A stretch of 38,478 bases of DNA from contig NW_025215136.1 of NCBI RefSeq assembly GCF_004010195.1, positions 25,860 through 64,337 of the forward strand. The letters run 5' to 3'. Below the pieces are notes generated by a model. It had not been told where the DNA came from. It saw nothing but the letters and a program-made list of their open reading frames with translations, and ran no database searches. Origin of the DNA: Chiloscyllium plagiosum. Taxonomy: Eukaryota. Positions 37,101 through 38,478 of this stretch are shown piece after piece. A program made the translations under genes and the position numbers. Numbering within the stretch: the first letter of the stretch is position 1; the number at the start of each line of letters is the position of its first letter.

Positions 37101-38478
37101 ACCGCCTCCTACCGCCTCGAACCGCCTCCTACCGCCTCGAACCGCCTCCTACCGCCTCGAACCGCCTCCTACCGCCTCGAACCGCCTCCTACCGCCTCGA
37201 ACCGCCTCCTACCGCCTCGAACCGCCTCCTACCGCCTCGAACCGCCTCCTACCGCCTCGAACCGCCTCCTACCGCCTCGAACCGCCTCCTACCGCCTCGA
37301 ACCGCCTCCTACCGCCTCGAACCGCCTCCTACCGCCTCGAACCGCCTCCTACCGCCTCGAACCGCCTCCTACCGCCTCGAACCGCCTCCTACCGCCTCGA
37401 ACCGCCTCCTACCGCCTCGAACCGCCTCCTACCGCCTCGAACCGCCTCCTACCGCCTCGAACCGCCTCCTACCGCCTCGAACCGCCTCCTACCGCCTCGA
37501 ACCGCCTCCTACCGCCTCGAACCGCCTCCTACCGCCTCGAACCGCCTCCTACCGCCTCGAACCGCCTCCTACCGCCTCGAACCGCCTCCTACCGCCTCGA
37601 ACCGCCTCCTACCGCCTCGAACCGCCTCCTACCGCCTCGAACCGCCTCCTACCGCCTCGAACCGCCTCCTACCGCCTCGAACCGCCTCCTACCGCCTCGA
37701 ACCGCCTCCTACCGCCTCGAACCGCCTCCTACCGCCTCGAACCGCCTCCTACCGCCTCGAACCGCCTCCTACCGCCTCGAACCGCCTCCTACCGCCTCGA
37801 ACCGCCTCCTACCGCCTCGAACCGCCTCCTACCGCCTCGAACCGCCTCCTACCGCCTCGAACCGCCTCCTACCGCCTCGAACCGCCTCCTACCGCCTCGA
37901 ACCGCCTCCTACCGCCTCGAACCGCCTCCTACCGCCTCGAACCGCCTCCTACCGCCTCGAACCGCCTCCTACCGCCTCGAACCGCCTCCTACCGCCTCGA
38001 ACCGCCTCCTACCGCCTCGAACCGCCTCCTACCGCCTCGAACCGCCTCCTACCGCCTCGAACCGCCTCCTACCGCCTCGAACCGCCTCCTACCGCCTCGA
38101 ACCGCCTCCTACCGCCTCGAACCGCCTCCTACCGCCTCGAACCGCCTCCTACCGCCTCCTACCGCCTCCTACCGCCTCGAACCGCCTCCTACCGCCTCGA
38201 ACCGCCTCCTACCGCCTCGAACCGCCTCCTACCGCCTCCTCCGCCTCCTACCGCCTCCTACCGCCTCGAACCGCCTCCTACCGCCTCGAACCGCCTCCTA
38301 CCGCCTCCTCCGCCTCCTACCGCCTCCTACCGCCTCGAACCGCCTCCTACCGCCTCGAACCGCCTCCTACCGCCTCGAACCGCCTCCTACCGCCTCCTCC
38401 GCCTCCTACCGCCTCCTACCGCCTCGAACCGCCTCCTACCGCCTCGAACCGCCTCCCACCCCCCCCTACCGCCTCGCA
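16141..38478. repeat. Satellite array of 20-bp unit ACCGCCTCCTACCGCCTCGA (two 10-bp subunits), >1,100 copies, open-ended at window edge
   Basis: Perfect as read from 16141 to 38158, with variants thereafter. Unit composition C11 G3 A3 T3 (70% GC), 3 CpG and one TCGA per unit. Confidence 0.99.

Noticed and set aside
16141..38478. Telomere or non-canonical telomeric repeat
   Set aside because: Vertebrate telomeres are TTAGGG. The strand running 5'->3' toward the window end is C-rich, the opposite of telomere polarity, and nothing shows the window end is a chromosome end.

Overview
Eukaryotic, repeat-dense, apparently non-genic vertebrate DNA. The repeat families resemble those I associate with cartilaginous fishes (sharks); this is inference, not a database result. 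The first ~16.1 kb is a mosaic of decayed mobile elements: many CR1-type LINE fragments on both strands, fragments of a second APE/RT LINE family (RTE-X-like), tRNA-derived SINEs, Penelope-like element (PLE) pieces and a spliced but stop-containing Harbinger-type Myb/SANT gene remnant. It also holds a 733-N assembly gap, a 59-bp minisatellite that arose inside a LINE endonuclease domain, a C/T-rich ~36-bp degenerate repeat and a 1,940-bp-period tandem duplication. From 16141 to the window end (58% of the window) lies a GC- and CpG-rich 20-bp satellite (ACCGCCTCCTACCGCCTCGA)n. It shows no visible variant for 1,100 copies, starts abruptly inside a PLE GIY-YIG fragment, has no stop codon on the + strand, and shows variant higher-order structure only in its last ~340 bp. 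No intact host gene, rRNA, tRNA or CRISPR array is supported. The satellite is the most striking object, but its length and purity may be an assembly artefact.
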